Source: a virus (taxonomy: Duplodnaviria; Caudoviricetes). From it: a stretch of 27,835 nucleotides of DNA. Positions 15,882 to 24,874 of the stretch are shown here, one piece after another. How positions within the stretch are numbered: position 1 is the first letter of the stretch; every line of letters starts with the position of its first letter. Position numbers and translations under genes: made by a program. Where the stretch lies: the IMG/VR virus record IMGVR_UViG_3300044513_004080, positions 1-27,835 of that record, one strand, 5' to 3'. Under the pieces are notes generated by a model that saw only the letters and a program-made list of their open reading frames with translations, was not told the origin of the DNA and did no database searches.

Positions 15882-16199
15882 TCAATCACGCTGTCTCCAG
15901 TCATCTGGTTTGTCTTGATTAAACCAATCCACAATCTCATCAGCACTACCAAAACCAGTGCGATGATTGGATGGATCGGGGTCACCTAATCCCATCTTAT
16001 TCATGAAGTCGTCCATGCTACCCTCTTGCATATCAGGGTTAGCAGCACGTCCTCTTGCTCTTTTAAGCATCTCTCTGGCAGAAGTATTTGCTTTACACAA
16101 CTTCTCTGCCCAGATCATGTCTTCTAGTTTAACTTCTTCTCCATTCGCAATACATTTACAGATAAATTCCAGTCTTAGTCTGTATTGGGTCGAAAGCAT
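15882..16199 (-). CDS. cyanophage hypothetical protein
   Basis: 105 aa, MLSTQYRLRLEFICKCI...DDWRQRD; tightly packed with neighbours. Confidence 0.8.
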   Translation of the reverse strand: MLSTQYRLRLEFICKCIANGEEVKLEDMIWAEKLCKANTSAREMLKRARGRAANPDMQEGSMDDFMNKMGLGDPDPSNHRTGFGSADEIVDWFNQDKPDDWRQRD

Positions 16200-16200
16200 A

Positions 16201-16398
16201 TTATTTATCCGATAGATAGTGCTCTAATTGGTTGATCCTGGTAAACTCTTCATATGCCAGTTCAGATCGGATATGAAGAATATCGCGGATGTCATCCATA
16301 ACAACAGTTGGATCAATACCATCTTCAAGGTATTTATCAATAGATTCTTTGAGATATCTATATCTATGCCATTCTGGACTGTAGGGTTTGTAGTTCAT
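16201..16398 (-). CDS. hypothetical protein
   Basis: Start taken at MNYKPYSPEWHR, just after the gp46 stop. Confidence 0.7.
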   Translation of the reverse strand: MNYKPYSPEWHRYRYLKESIDKYLEDGIDPTVVMDDIRDILHIRSELAYEEFTRINQLEHYLSDK

Positions 16399-16402
16399 AA
16401 CA

Positions 16403-18112
16403 TCATACCAGTGTACTGAATCCTTTTTGCTTGTCAAATTTTAGCACACTTTCAAATTTATCAAGTAAAGATTCTTTATGCGATATAACAAAAATATTAG
16501 CATTTTTAATGACGTATCGAATGATCTTAAGGAACTCATCTGTTCCAAATCCATCAAGCGAAGAATCGAATACCTCATCCATAATCAGCAAGTTGGTGTT
16601 GACAGAATTTTTAACTCTTGCAACTTCTCTCCATGTAAAGAGAAGTGCAAGGTCAATTCTCATTTTTTCACCCTCACTAAAAGATGAATATGAAAAATCC
16701 TCATGAATTGGGGATTCAACTGTTTCATTGAATTCTTCATCAAGTTTAAAGTTGATGTAGAAATCCATCATCTGCAGATAGCGATTAACTTGCTGATTAA
16801 TGAATGGAAGATACTTCCTAATGATTTTTGTTTTTACGCCGTCATCCTTGAGCAAGGAATAGGCAAAATCGTGATAAACGATTTCTTGTCTTTTTTCTGA
16901 TAGTTCTTCAATTGTCTTTGAGAGAGTTTCCCTAAACTGTTCTAATTTCTCATGTTCAGTATTTCTGTTTTGTAAGTTACTGGTAATAGTTTGAATTTCA
17001 TGTTCCAGATCTCTGATTTGTCGTTGGTTGAGACTAATCCGAGTATTGTTTTGAGAAATGCCATGCGTTAATTGTGTGATTTCCTTAGATAGGGAATTAA
17101 ATTGACGCTCTCTCTCTTGTTCAGACTCGATAGTTTTTTCAAGTTCTTCATATCCAGACTTGAGTTCTTTTGCTCTATTTTGAGCGTCTTCAATTTTATT
17201 TAACCGGAATGATTCTTCAATACTTTGAGTGCAGGTAGGGCATACCGTATTTTCACTAAAAAACTTATGTTCTTTAGTAATGGTAGATACTTTTTGGGAG
17301 ATTTTACCTTTTAGATTGTTAAGCTTTACTAACTTATCACCAGCACCGATAACATTTTCCTGTTCCTTTGTAAGCGAATGAACTTTCTCCTCTGTGATTT
17401 TATTCTCATTTAGGTAAATGCCAACTTCTTTGTCTAGATTGGCAATCTTTTCTTTGTTGGCATTGATATTGGCATTTCCGCGATTCTCAAGTTCATCAAT
17501 AAAATTTTGCTGCATCTCCTCCTTTTCTTTGAGAGTTTGCTTTTTGAAATCTAATGATTTTACTTGCTCCTTGTAGATTCGCATTTTCTCTTTGAGAAGA
17601 TTATTCATCACAGAAAAAATACGAATATCCAAAAGATCCTCAATAACCTCACGTCGATTTGCAGTTGTTAACTGCATAAAAGGAACAAAGGTACTACTAC
17701 CAAGAATAACAATTTGGGTAAACGATTTATAATTTACTTTTAGAATACTTTCTTCTAGAATTTTTTGGTTGGACCTATCATCTGCCTCTTTATGTAAGAG
17801 AGTTCCATCAACTTCTATGTCAAAAATATTCGGTTTAATTCCTCGTCTAATCAAATATTCTTTACCATTTAAAGAAAATTCGATCTCAACTAAACAATCC
17901 CTCTCGTTCGTAGAGTTAACGAGTTGTGGTTTGTTAATTTTGCGAAAAGGTTTATTAAATAAAACAAAGGTTAGAGCATCCAACAAAGTAGATTTTCCAG
18001 ATCCATTAGTACCAACGATTAAATTGGTACTACTCTTTTGAAAGTCAATACTAGTCCATTGGTTTCCTGTTGAAAGAAAATTTTTCCACTTAATCGTCTT
18101 GAAGATTATCAT
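16403..18112 (-). CDS. gp46: recombination endonuclease subunit, SbcC/Rad50-like (gp46)
   Basis: WKNFLSTGN, GTNGSGKST, zinc hook CPTC, FSEGEKMRIDL, MDEVFDSSLD and VISH. Confidence 0.98.
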   Translation of the reverse strand: MIIFKTIKWKNFLSTGNQWTSIDFQKSSTNLIVGTNGSGKSTLLDALTFVLFNKPFRKINKPQLVNSTNERDCLVEIEFSLNGKEYLIRRGIKPNIFDIEVDGTLLHKEADDRSNQKILEESILKVNYKSFTQIVILGSSTFVPFMQLTTANRREVIEDLLDIRIFSVMNNLLKEKMRIYKEQVKSLDFKKQTLKEKEEMQQNFIDELENRGNANINANKEKIANLDKEVGIYLNENKITEEKVHSLTKEQENVIGAGDKLVKLNNLKGKISQKVSTITKEHKFFSENTVCPTCTQSIEESFRLNKIEDAQNRAKELKSGYEELEKTIESEQERERQFNSLSKEITQLTHGISQNNTRISLNQRQIRDLEHEIQTITSNLQNRNTEHEKLEQFRETLSKTIEELSEKRQEIVYHDFAYSLLKDDGVKTKIIRKYLPFINQQVNRYLQMMDFYINFKLDEEFNETVESPIHEDFSYSSFSEGEKMRIDLALLFTWREVARVKNSVNTNLLIMDEVFDSSLDGFGTDEFLKIIRYVIKNANIFVISHKESLLDKFESVLKFDKQKGFSTLV

Positions 18113-18368
18113 TATTTGGAGGGATTACAATGTCGTTTGGCGTGATTATGGAATACTTATAATTATACCTCTTACATGTTTTTATTGCAAGTTCATCGTC
18201 AACTTCCAGAACTTCTAGTTCATCCTTATATTCTTCACTACTGATCATAATACAATATCTTTCCGCATCATCCTCATCCTCAAAAAGAAAAAGGACCTTA
18301 TCTCCATATTGGTCTTGTACTGCGTATGCTCCTTCGTCTCTATTATTTTTTAAAGTTAAAAGAAACAT
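18090..18368 (-). CDS. hypothetical protein between gp47 and gp46
   Basis: 92 aa, EGAYAV...LFLFEDEDDAERY; coupled to gp47 by TAATG. Confidence 0.8.
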   Translation of the reverse strand: MFLLTLKNNRDEGAYAVQDQYGDKVLFLFEDEDDAERYCIMISSEEYKDELEVLEVDDELAIKTCKRYNYKYSIITPNDIVIPPNNDNLQDD

Positions 18369-19402
18369 TATTCAACCTCGCAAGATTGACGGTAAAGATC
18401 TTGAATAATTTTTTTGACCATTCCCTTATCAAGTTCCAGGTCAGACTCTTCAATATACCTATTTAATATTGAAATAGTGTTTTCTTCTTCATCAACCTCA
18501 AAATTTTCACTTTCAGTAATCTGAAAATTCTCAATAATTTTCATATCCTGAACACCGATAGAATAAAGTTTATCAATAAACTTTTCAAAATCTTTTGGTT
18601 TCGTCTTCTTACGTACAATTACCTTAACGATTTTCCCCTCATACTCCTTAAAATTAAAGAGTTGGATTGGAGTATCTTCATAGTAAATATTATAAAAAAG
18701 TTTATATGGATTATTAATTGGAGTATGTTCTAAAGTTTCAGTGTCGAAGATTGTAAATCCACGGGCATCGTTGACATCGTTCCAGAACATCTCATAAGGA
18801 TTACCTAAGTAGAAGATTTTTCCATCGTCTGATCGTGTATGGTAATGACCTGAAAAGACCTTAGTGAACTTCTCAAATAATTTGCACTCCATACCGTCTT
18901 CCATGACGTGTCCACGATGCGCTCTAAATCCGTTGAGCTCAAGGTGCCCCATCGCACATAAGCTATTTGTATTTTTAATAGCGTTGACAGTATTTTGATA
19001 ATTTTCAGCATTGATCCAAGGAATAAAAAGTACTTTGAGTTTATCTATATTAACTTCACTAACTTCACTATACGTTTTAATATTTGGATAAGTTTGAAGA
19101 AGAAGTTCTGGGGAGTTTACTTGATTAGTATTTTTGTAGTAGCAATCATGATTGCCAACAATCATATGTACATCATAGGATTTAAGAGGATCAAAAACAA
19201 CCCTCTTTGCCCACTCTAGACTTTGATAATCAATTGACTTACGACTATCAAATGCATCTCCCATGTGGATTACAGTTTTGATGTTATATTCTTCCATTGT
19301 AGGAAAGAAAACATCATTATAAAACTTTTCAAAATATTCATGAAGATATTTTGAACCTTTACGAGCACCGTAATGTGTATCTGTAATGATGGCAACCTTC
19401 AT
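18368..19402 (-). CDS. gp47: recombination endonuclease subunit, SbcD/Mre11-like (gp47)
   Basis: ITDTHYG, HMGDAFD, VGNHD and FSGHYH metallophosphoesterase motifs. Confidence 0.98.
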   Translation of the reverse strand: MKVAIITDTHYGARKGSKYLHEYFEKFYNDVFFPTMEEYNIKTVIHMGDAFDSRKSIDYQSLEWAKRVVFDPLKSYDVHMIVGNHDCYYKNTNQVNSPELLLQTYPNIKTYSEVSEVNIDKLKVLFIPWINAENYQNTVNAIKNTNSLCAMGHLELNGFRAHRGHVMEDGMECKLFEKFTKVFSGHYHTRSDDGKIFYLGNPYEMFWNDVNDARGFTIFDTETLEHTPINNPYKLFYNIYYEDTPIQLFNFKEYEGKIVKVIVRKKTKPKDFEKFIDKLYSIGVQDMKIIENFQITESENFEVDEEENTISILNRYIEESDLELDKGMVKKIIQDLYRQSCEVE

Positions 19403-19914
19403 CGATTCCTTTGAGTTATAGCATCTTTGATACTATTATAGTCCGAACTACTGCCAGAAAGCAAGCTGTCATCAACCATCATAACTTCATCATATCCAGA
19501 TTTGGAAATAATTTTTGTTTTAATCTCTAATTGCTTTTTCTCTTTCTGGATTCGACGTAGAAAAGCATAGTGAATAATTTGAGTGAAGTATGCAAATGGA
19601 TTCTTAGACTTATCGGGATTAAAATTGTGAATGTATTGAACACAATTCTCAATACCATCAGAAATCATGTCCTCGCGGAACATGTAGTTGACAAAGTTTG
19701 GTTTGTATGACAAGTGTGTGGCGATCTTTAGGAAACATTCACCCAGATAGTTTGTAATTGGTGGTTTCCCTGGCCAATGCTTTGCTCTATCCGCTTTGGT
19801 AGGTTCTCTACCATAGTTCTCGATGAAATGCTTTTCTACCTTAGATCTATAGACAATCAGTGCATCTAACAACTCTTTGTTGTTTACATATTGTTCTGTC
19901 TTTTTTCTAGGCAT
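19399..19914 (-). CDS. gp55: late transcription sigma factor (gp55)
   Basis: YVNNKEL, LKIATHLSYKPNFVNY and NPFAYFTQIIHYAFLRRIQKEKKQ. Confidence 0.97.
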   Translation of the reverse strand: MPRKKTEQYVNNKELLDALIVYRSKVEKHFIENYGREPTKADRAKHWPGKPPITNYLGECFLKIATHLSYKPNFVNYMFREDMISDGIENCVQYIHNFNPDKSKNPFAYFTQIIHYAFLRRIQKEKKQLEIKTKIISKSGYDEVMMVDDSLLSGSSSDYNSIKDAITQRNR

Positions 19915-19944
19915 AGCATTGTTTTAAAAATATAATGTATGTAC

Positions 19945-19972
19945 ATTATAACACACTTTTAAGGCTTGACAA
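19945..19972 (-). promoter_or_regulatory. sigma70-like promoter for gp55
   Basis: TTGTCA-16 nt-TATAAT, with extended -10 TGt. Confidence 0.65.
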
Positions 19973-19994
19973 CACAGCAGAATATGAGTAGAAT
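19966..19994 (+). promoter_or_regulatory. near-consensus sigma70 promoter on the antisense strand
   Basis: TTGACA(19966-19971)-17 nt-TAGAAT(19989-19994); no credible plus-strand gene downstream. Confidence 0.6.
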
Positions 19995-20020
19995 ACCTTT
20001 GTTAGGTTTGAAGAGATATC

Positions 20021-20446
20021 TTAGCTTTCTTTATTATCTTTAAGTTTATAAAGATCTTCAAGCATTTTTCTAGCGTTTTCTACCGAAGAAACGTATCCCA
20101 TTTCTCTGGATGGATTCACTTTACCTGAATTTTTATTTGGTTTTCTTGGAGAGAATGATATTTCTTCGTCATTCAAGTAACTATTGTACATATCAATAAC
20201 CATTTCATTTTTTAATTCTGTCATGGTCATAATGTTTTCTGGTTTAATGATATAGAAATCATCATCGGGAACTTCCATCCATGGTTTTATTTTTACCACA
20301 TGACCTCTATGACTATTAATCATATGCATGATAATAGGTGATTGGAGTATTAGAACTGGATCACCATCATTATCATCCTTTGATACTAAAGATACAATTT
20401 CTTCACCAGAGACTAATTTTATTACTGCGTAAAATTCTTCTTCCAT
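20021..20446 (-). CDS. conserved T4-like hypothetical protein (possibly Sm-like fold)
   Basis: FYAVIKLVSGEEIVS...ILQSPI...IKPWM; lies between uvsW and gp55. Confidence 0.85.
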   Translation of the reverse strand: MEEEFYAVIKLVSGEEIVSLVSKDDNDGDPVLILQSPIIMHMINSHRGHVVKIKPWMEVPDDDFYIIKPENIMTMTELKNEMVIDMYNSYLNDEEISFSPRKPNKNSGKVNPSREMGYVSSVENARKMLEDLYKLKDNKES

Positions 20447-21909
20447 TAGTTTTTAAGCGGAATGTTTACAATATCATAGTTAAAATTTTCTTCGTTATAT
20501 ACTTTGATTCTTTCTATTAAATGATTAAGGGTATAATTTTTCCTGGATTTGTAGGATATATCGTCAGCGATATCATATAAAGTTGCTTTTGTCTTGTTAT
20601 TGCCTTTTCTGAGTACTCTTCCAATACTCTGCAGATTTCTAATTCTGGACTTTGAAGGAGAAGCAAAAATAACATTATGGAGATTCTTAATGTTAATTCC
20701 GGTAGAAAAGGTTCCGTATGAAGCAACAATAATTGCGTCGTTCTCTTTTTCTGTAATTTCTCTCACACGTTCGCGATCTTCGGTAGCGACACCTCCATGA
20801 ACGAAGAAAACATGACGATCATCCACCCTACCATTATTTATTAAATCGAATAAGGGTTGTCCATGCCCCTCAACACGGGAGAATAATATGAGCGTATTGC
20901 CTTTAAGATCAAGGGCAAGGTTACGTATAAACTTATTGCGTCGTTCATGGTTAATAATGTACTGGACTTCTTCTTCAAAGTTTTCAAACTTATGTGCAGG
21001 ATGTTTCAATAGAAGCACGTTGATATCCAACTTGGCAACGTGCCCTTTCTGCATTAACTCTTCAGTCCTAATAATCTTGTATGAAGGACCAAATAAACCT
21101 TCCAAAACCCATTTGTGTGTTTGAGTTCCGTCTAATGTACCTGTAAAACCATAACGATATTTTGCATCTGCAAGTTTTGACATTATAGATATTAGAGACT
21201 TAGATTTGAACTGGTGTGCTTCATCTCCAACAACCACATTAAATCTTGAAAAGTATTGACGAGGAAGTTTGTAGATGGACTGCCAGGTGGTGATAATCAC
21301 CTGAGAATCGGTCTCTCTTTCTCTCCCTGCATAAATCTTGTGGCAAAATGAACCTACGTCCCAGCCATAATCTTCAAAATCTTTATACATCTGTTCTACT
21401 AGGGAAGTCGTCGGAACGACTATCAGAGTATTTTGTCCTCTCTCAACGTGATATCTCACAATCGAGTATATCATCAGAGACTTTCCAGAGGCAGTTGGGG
21501 ATATCAACAACCTTCTATTATGTCGTAGGGCGTCGTATACTCCCTCTACTTGGTAATCGCGGGGAGGGTACTTACTTACCGAAGTAATATAATCTTTCAC
21601 ACCTTCCTTGGAGATCATATCATTGACCTCAAAAGGAAGACCATAGAATTTGTTGTTTACAAATTCATAGGTATATTCTTGGTTTTTGCAAAACTGTATA
21701 ACTTTGTCCAATAACCCAACATATATCTCACCTGTCTGGGTATTGAATAGGCGAATTTTTCCATCCCAGTACTTATTTCGGTACTGAGGCATAAACTTGG
21801 CACCTGGCACGTCAAACGTAAACTGATCTGCTAGTTCGTAGTAGACGTGTGGATCTGCTTCAACCTTTAAATATACTTCGTTCTTTTTTGAAATAATCAA
21901 ATGAGACAT
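20446..21909 (-). CDS. uvsW: SF2 RNA-DNA/DNA helicase UvsW
   Basis: RDYQ, PTASGKS, DEAH, GFTGT and QSIGRVLR. Confidence 0.98.
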   Translation of the reverse strand: MSHLIISKKNEVYLKVEADPHVYYELADQFTFDVPGAKFMPQYRNKYWDGKIRLFNTQTGEIYVGLLDKVIQFCKNQEYTYEFVNNKFYGLPFEVNDMISKEGVKDYITSVSKYPPRDYQVEGVYDALRHNRRLLISPTASGKSLMIYSIVRYHVERGQNTLIVVPTTSLVEQMYKDFEDYGWDVGSFCHKIYAGRERETDSQVIITTWQSIYKLPRQYFSRFNVVVGDEAHQFKSKSLISIMSKLADAKYRYGFTGTLDGTQTHKWVLEGLFGPSYKIIRTEELMQKGHVAKLDINVLLLKHPAHKFENFEEEVQYIINHERRNKFIRNLALDLKGNTLILFSRVEGHGQPLFDLINNGRVDDRHVFFVHGGVATEDRERVREITEKENDAIIVASYGTFSTGINIKNLHNVIFASPSKSRIRNLQSIGRVLRKGNNKTKATLYDIADDISYKSRKNYTLNHLIERIKVYNEENFNYDIVNIPLKN

Positions 21910-21910
21910 A

Positions 21911-21939
21911 ACCCATAAGTATCACCTATGGGTATTTAG
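21911..21939 (-). promoter_or_regulatory. late-promoter-like CTAAATA plus RBS-occluding hairpin before uvsW
   Basis: CTAAATA overlaps the 5' end of ACCCATAGGT-gat-ACTTATGGGT, which ends 1 nt before the ATG. Confidence 0.6.
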
Positions 21940-21946
21940 TCTATCT

Positions 21947-22375
21947 TTAGAACCCTGCTTGGAATCTTTGCCACTCTATTGCATTTCTTATCTGGTAGGT
22001 TCTATTTGAAACAATTTTGATAATCTCTTCCAGAAATTTTAATTCGGTATCATAATATTTGATTTTTAGATCTATATTACTGAGTTTAGGATCTGCATCC
22101 ATATGCCTCTGTAATGCCTCTTTATCTCTCACCTTATATGGGAAAGGTTCTTCAATGTAAACCTCTGCTGGTGCCTTTCCTGTGTAGTAATTATATCTTT
22201 CTAGTTTTACCTTACTATATGTTTCTCTTGCCCTTTCTCTAAGCAAAGTAATTGTGTTGTAAATTGTGTAATATTTGCAATGTAATTGTGGAATTTTCAA
22301 AGATTCATCATGTAGATTGTCAGGATCAATTACAGAATCTTTTATCCACATCTCCTGAATTTTTTCTAGATCCAT
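21947..22375 (-). CDS. uvsY: recombination mediator UvsY
   Basis: MDLEKIQEMWIKDSVID...ESLKIPQLH..RTYQIRNAIEWQRF; directly upstream of uvsW. Confidence 0.93.
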   Translation of the reverse strand: MDLEKIQEMWIKDSVIDPDNLHDESLKIPQLHCKYYTIYNTITLLRERARETYSKVKLERYNYYTGKAPAEVYIEEPFPYKVRDKEALQRHMDADPKLSNIDLKIKYYDTELKFLEEIIKIVSNRTYQIRNAIEWQRFQAGF

Positions 22376-22905
22376 TAAACAGTCACGATATCATAGATAG
22401 TATACTTGAAAGTTACCTCTGCAGTCAAGTAGTTTGTTGAATCTTCTCCTGCCTCAAAATCCATTGATGTTAGTGAAATTGGAAATAAATCTCTAAACTT
22501 TACTGTTGCTACTATGTTATAATTGCTATTTAAAATGTGTAAAGAACCATCACTGAATTGCAATCCTGGATCATCGGATCCAAATTTATTTGTGGTTAAA
22601 TTTGTAAACTGTTCTGTGCTTTCTGGAAATCCTAGACCAGTTAACCATCTATGTATTTCCAAATAATTTTCTAGATTTTCGTCAATTAAGAATCTTAGTG
22701 AAAAATCACCATAGGTTAACCTATCTCCAGGAATATCTAGGTCCTTTAGGTAAGATGATTGTATTGCAGTACCTAAAGAAATCTCTGGCAATCTTGCGTA
22801 ATTGCAAAAGAAGTTGACCTTTGGATGTTTTGCCAGAGTAAATCTAAATCCAATAGGAGATAAAAAATTCCTATTCTGTATTTGATTATCAAATATTGTC
22901 GACAT
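22375..22905 (-). CDS. gp3: tail completion / tail tube terminator protein (gp3)
   Basis: NFLSPIGFRF, PGDRLTYG, FLIDENLENY and FRDLFPISL. Confidence 0.9.
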   Translation of the reverse strand: MSTIFDNQIQNRNFLSPIGFRFTLAKHPKVNFFCNYARLPEISLGTAIQSSYLKDLDIPGDRLTYGDFSLRFLIDENLENYLEIHRWLTGLGFPESTEQFTNLTTNKFGSDDPGLQFSDGSLHILNSNYNIVATVKFRDLFPISLTSMDFEAGEDSTNYLTAEVTFKYTIYDIVTV

Positions 22906-23878
22906 TTTTATTTTTATTTAGAATCGTTCTTGCTTCTTCTTGCGTCATATTTGGATTTTTTTCGAGTTCCAGTGCTAACCTTCCAGTAATTTTTGCTGCA
23001 GCTACACTTGTTCCTTCACTATAGGCAACTTCACGATCGTCATATCTAAAATCTTTCAGAGCACCACCAACGCTTCGGTATTTTACTGCTGTTAATGTAT
23101 CGCTGCCATCTTCAAAGTAATCTATCCTTGGACCATTGCCTCCACGATGCAAACTCGAAACGCAAATAATACCATCAGAACAACCAGGATTGGCACCTCT
23201 ATTCAAGTATATATTTCCAAATGGATACCTTGACAAGCAATTGTCATAATCTATTCCGCCAGGAACATCAACTTTTAGTGAACCATTCATTGAAGATCCC
23301 ACAACAATAATTCCATTATCAATTAATTTTTTTATACAGTTATCCATTTTCTCATCCCATATTGGGAGATTTTTCAAAAAATCATCTCCATCAAAATTTT
23401 CTTCTGGAATAATTCCAATTAGGGTATTCTTTTTTTCAATATTACTTAAATTTTCTAAACTGACAATCTCACCTCTGTATGTGTACGAAGTAAGTCTTTC
23501 TAACTTTACTTTCGGATATTTCCAAACAACGCTTATATTGCATATTGTTGGATTTTTTCTTTCTTTTGCAAATTCGATTATGTAGTCATAAAATCTGTAT
23601 TTCCATTTTAAATACCAATCATAATTGTAGTGTATATTAAATATGTTTACATTTGGTGCAATACCCAAAGTATTCCCACCAATAATGCTTGCCATGGCAG
23701 TTCCATGAGTACCAAATTTACCCTTGAATGGTTTTACATTTTCATACACATATTCTTCGGGAGTTTCGTATCCCAATTTTTTACTGTACTTTAACCAATT
23801 AAATTTTTGTGCTCTATCATCAAATTCTGGATGATCAAACTCTAAATGTGAGTCTACTACAATAACATCAACTGCCAT
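22889..23878 (-). CDS. subtilisin-like (S8) serine protease
   Basis: Catalytic triad motifs VIVVDS, THGTAMASIIGG and GTSVAA, plus HPEF; no signal peptide or prodomain. Confidence 0.85.
   Translation of the reverse strand: MAVDVIVVDSHLEFDHPEFDDRAQKFNWLKYSKKLGYETPEEYVYENVKPFKGKFGTHGTAMASIIGGNTLGIAPNVNIFNIHYNYDWYLKWKYRFYDYIIEFAKERKNPTICNISVVWKYPKVKLERLTSYTYRGEIVSLENLSNIEKKNTLIGIIPEENFDGDDFLKNLPIWDEKMDNCIKKLIDNGIIVVGSSMNGSLKVDVPGGIDYDNCLSRYPFGNIYLNRGANPGCSDGIICVSSLHRGGNGPRIDYFEDGSDTLTAVKYRSVGGALKDFRYDDREVAYSEGTSVAAAKITGRLALELEKNPNMTQEEARTILNKNKNVDNI
22915..22921 (-). promoter_or_regulatory. late-promoter-like CTAAATA for gp3, inside the end of the S8 gene
   Basis: CTAAATA about 10 nt upstream of the gp3 ATG. 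Confidence 0.45.
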
Positions 23879-24794
23879 AAAAAGTATGATACTTCATAAA
23901 CAAATTATAGTTGTGTTCAACCCAATCTTCTCTATACACAAGATCTTCATCTGGATAGTAGAATTTATAACCCAGTTGATATTCCTCCCAGGTTCTAAAT
24001 GTTTCTTTTTCGTGCATAACGATTGGAATTGCTTTGCACATTAGTGCTTCATACATTCTCATGCTCCAAGGAGCATCTCCTGCAGGACACAAAGCAAATT
24101 TACTCTGACACATAACAGTATAATAGTTTTGGTCAAAACTGTTTATTATATGTACATCTTTAACTTCATCAAGTTCTTTTTGGACATGACCCCATTTTGA
24201 TGTTAAAGTGTGGTCAAAATCACCAATTGGTTTGTAATCTTTTTTTGTTATTGTGTCTGTGAATTGTAAGTAAGAAGAACTTGTGAAAAACTCCTCAGCA
24301 AAATCATAAACCCATGCTCTAACTTGCTCACTTGGTGGATCTACTTTCCATGCACCAACAAAACAATAATCGCGGGTTTTTTCAAATCCAATTTCGTCCT
24401 TACATCTTTTCCAAAAAGATTTTGGCAATATAGCATAATCATGCTTCGCTGAACCAGTTTCGGGGTGTATGGCAGCACCTGGATGATTTGTTATGTCTAT
24501 GCCATCTGCTTCACATTCCTTTTTTGCTGTGCTATACCACCATCCCATATTATAGCAAAGTCCTCTATATCTACTTGATAATATGTAATCTCTCTCTTCA
24601 TCATCGGTACAATAAACCCAATCTGGATTTTCTTCATATAGAATTGCTCTATTTTCTTCTATTGTTGGATATTTACCACCATATCTTTTTTCAAATATAA
24701 AATCTATTTCATTATCCCTCATTGTTTTGGGATCATTATTTGTTGTGAATACCTTGTAGAATAATGGTAAATTCTCAGTTCTATAATCTGGCAT
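23868..24794 (-). CDS. exostosin-family (GT47-like) glycosyltransferase
   Basis: RDYCFVG and YYTVMCQSKFALCPAGDAPWSMRMYEALMCKAIPIV match the exostosin signature SxFxLCPxG...S.R.YEA...IP. Confidence 0.8.
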   Translation of the reverse strand: MPDYRTENLPLFYKVFTTNNDPKTMRDNEIDFIFEKRYGGKYPTIEENRAILYEENPDWVYCTDDEERDYILSSRYRGLCYNMGWWYSTAKKECEADGIDITNHPGAAIHPETGSAKHDYAILPKSFWKRCKDEIGFEKTRDYCFVGAWKVDPPSEQVRAWVYDFAEEFFTSSSYLQFTDTITKKDYKPIGDFDHTLTSKWGHVQKELDEVKDVHIINSFDQNYYTVMCQSKFALCPAGDAPWSMRMYEALMCKAIPIVMHEKETFRTWEEYQLGYKFYYPDEDLVYREDWVEHNYNLFMKYHTFYGS

Positions 24795-24812
24795 TATAAA
24801 AAATCTTTTTTT

Positions 24813-24820
24813 TATTTATT
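24813..24820 (-). promoter_or_regulatory. late-promoter-like AATAAATA driving the glycosyltransferase/protease cassette
   Basis: NATAAATA immediately after the gp23 terminator; the surrounding DNA is A-rich. Confidence 0.55.
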
Positions 24821-24823
24821 GAC

Positions 24824-24849
24824 AAAAAAAGAGGGCCCGAAGACCCTCT
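24824..24849 (-). terminator. intrinsic terminator after gp23
   Basis: GAGGGTC-TTCG-GGCCCTC followed by TTTTTTT (cUUCGg tetraloop). Confidence 0.92.
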
Positions 24850-24874
24850 GGTATGGTATTGTGAACCTGATGGA

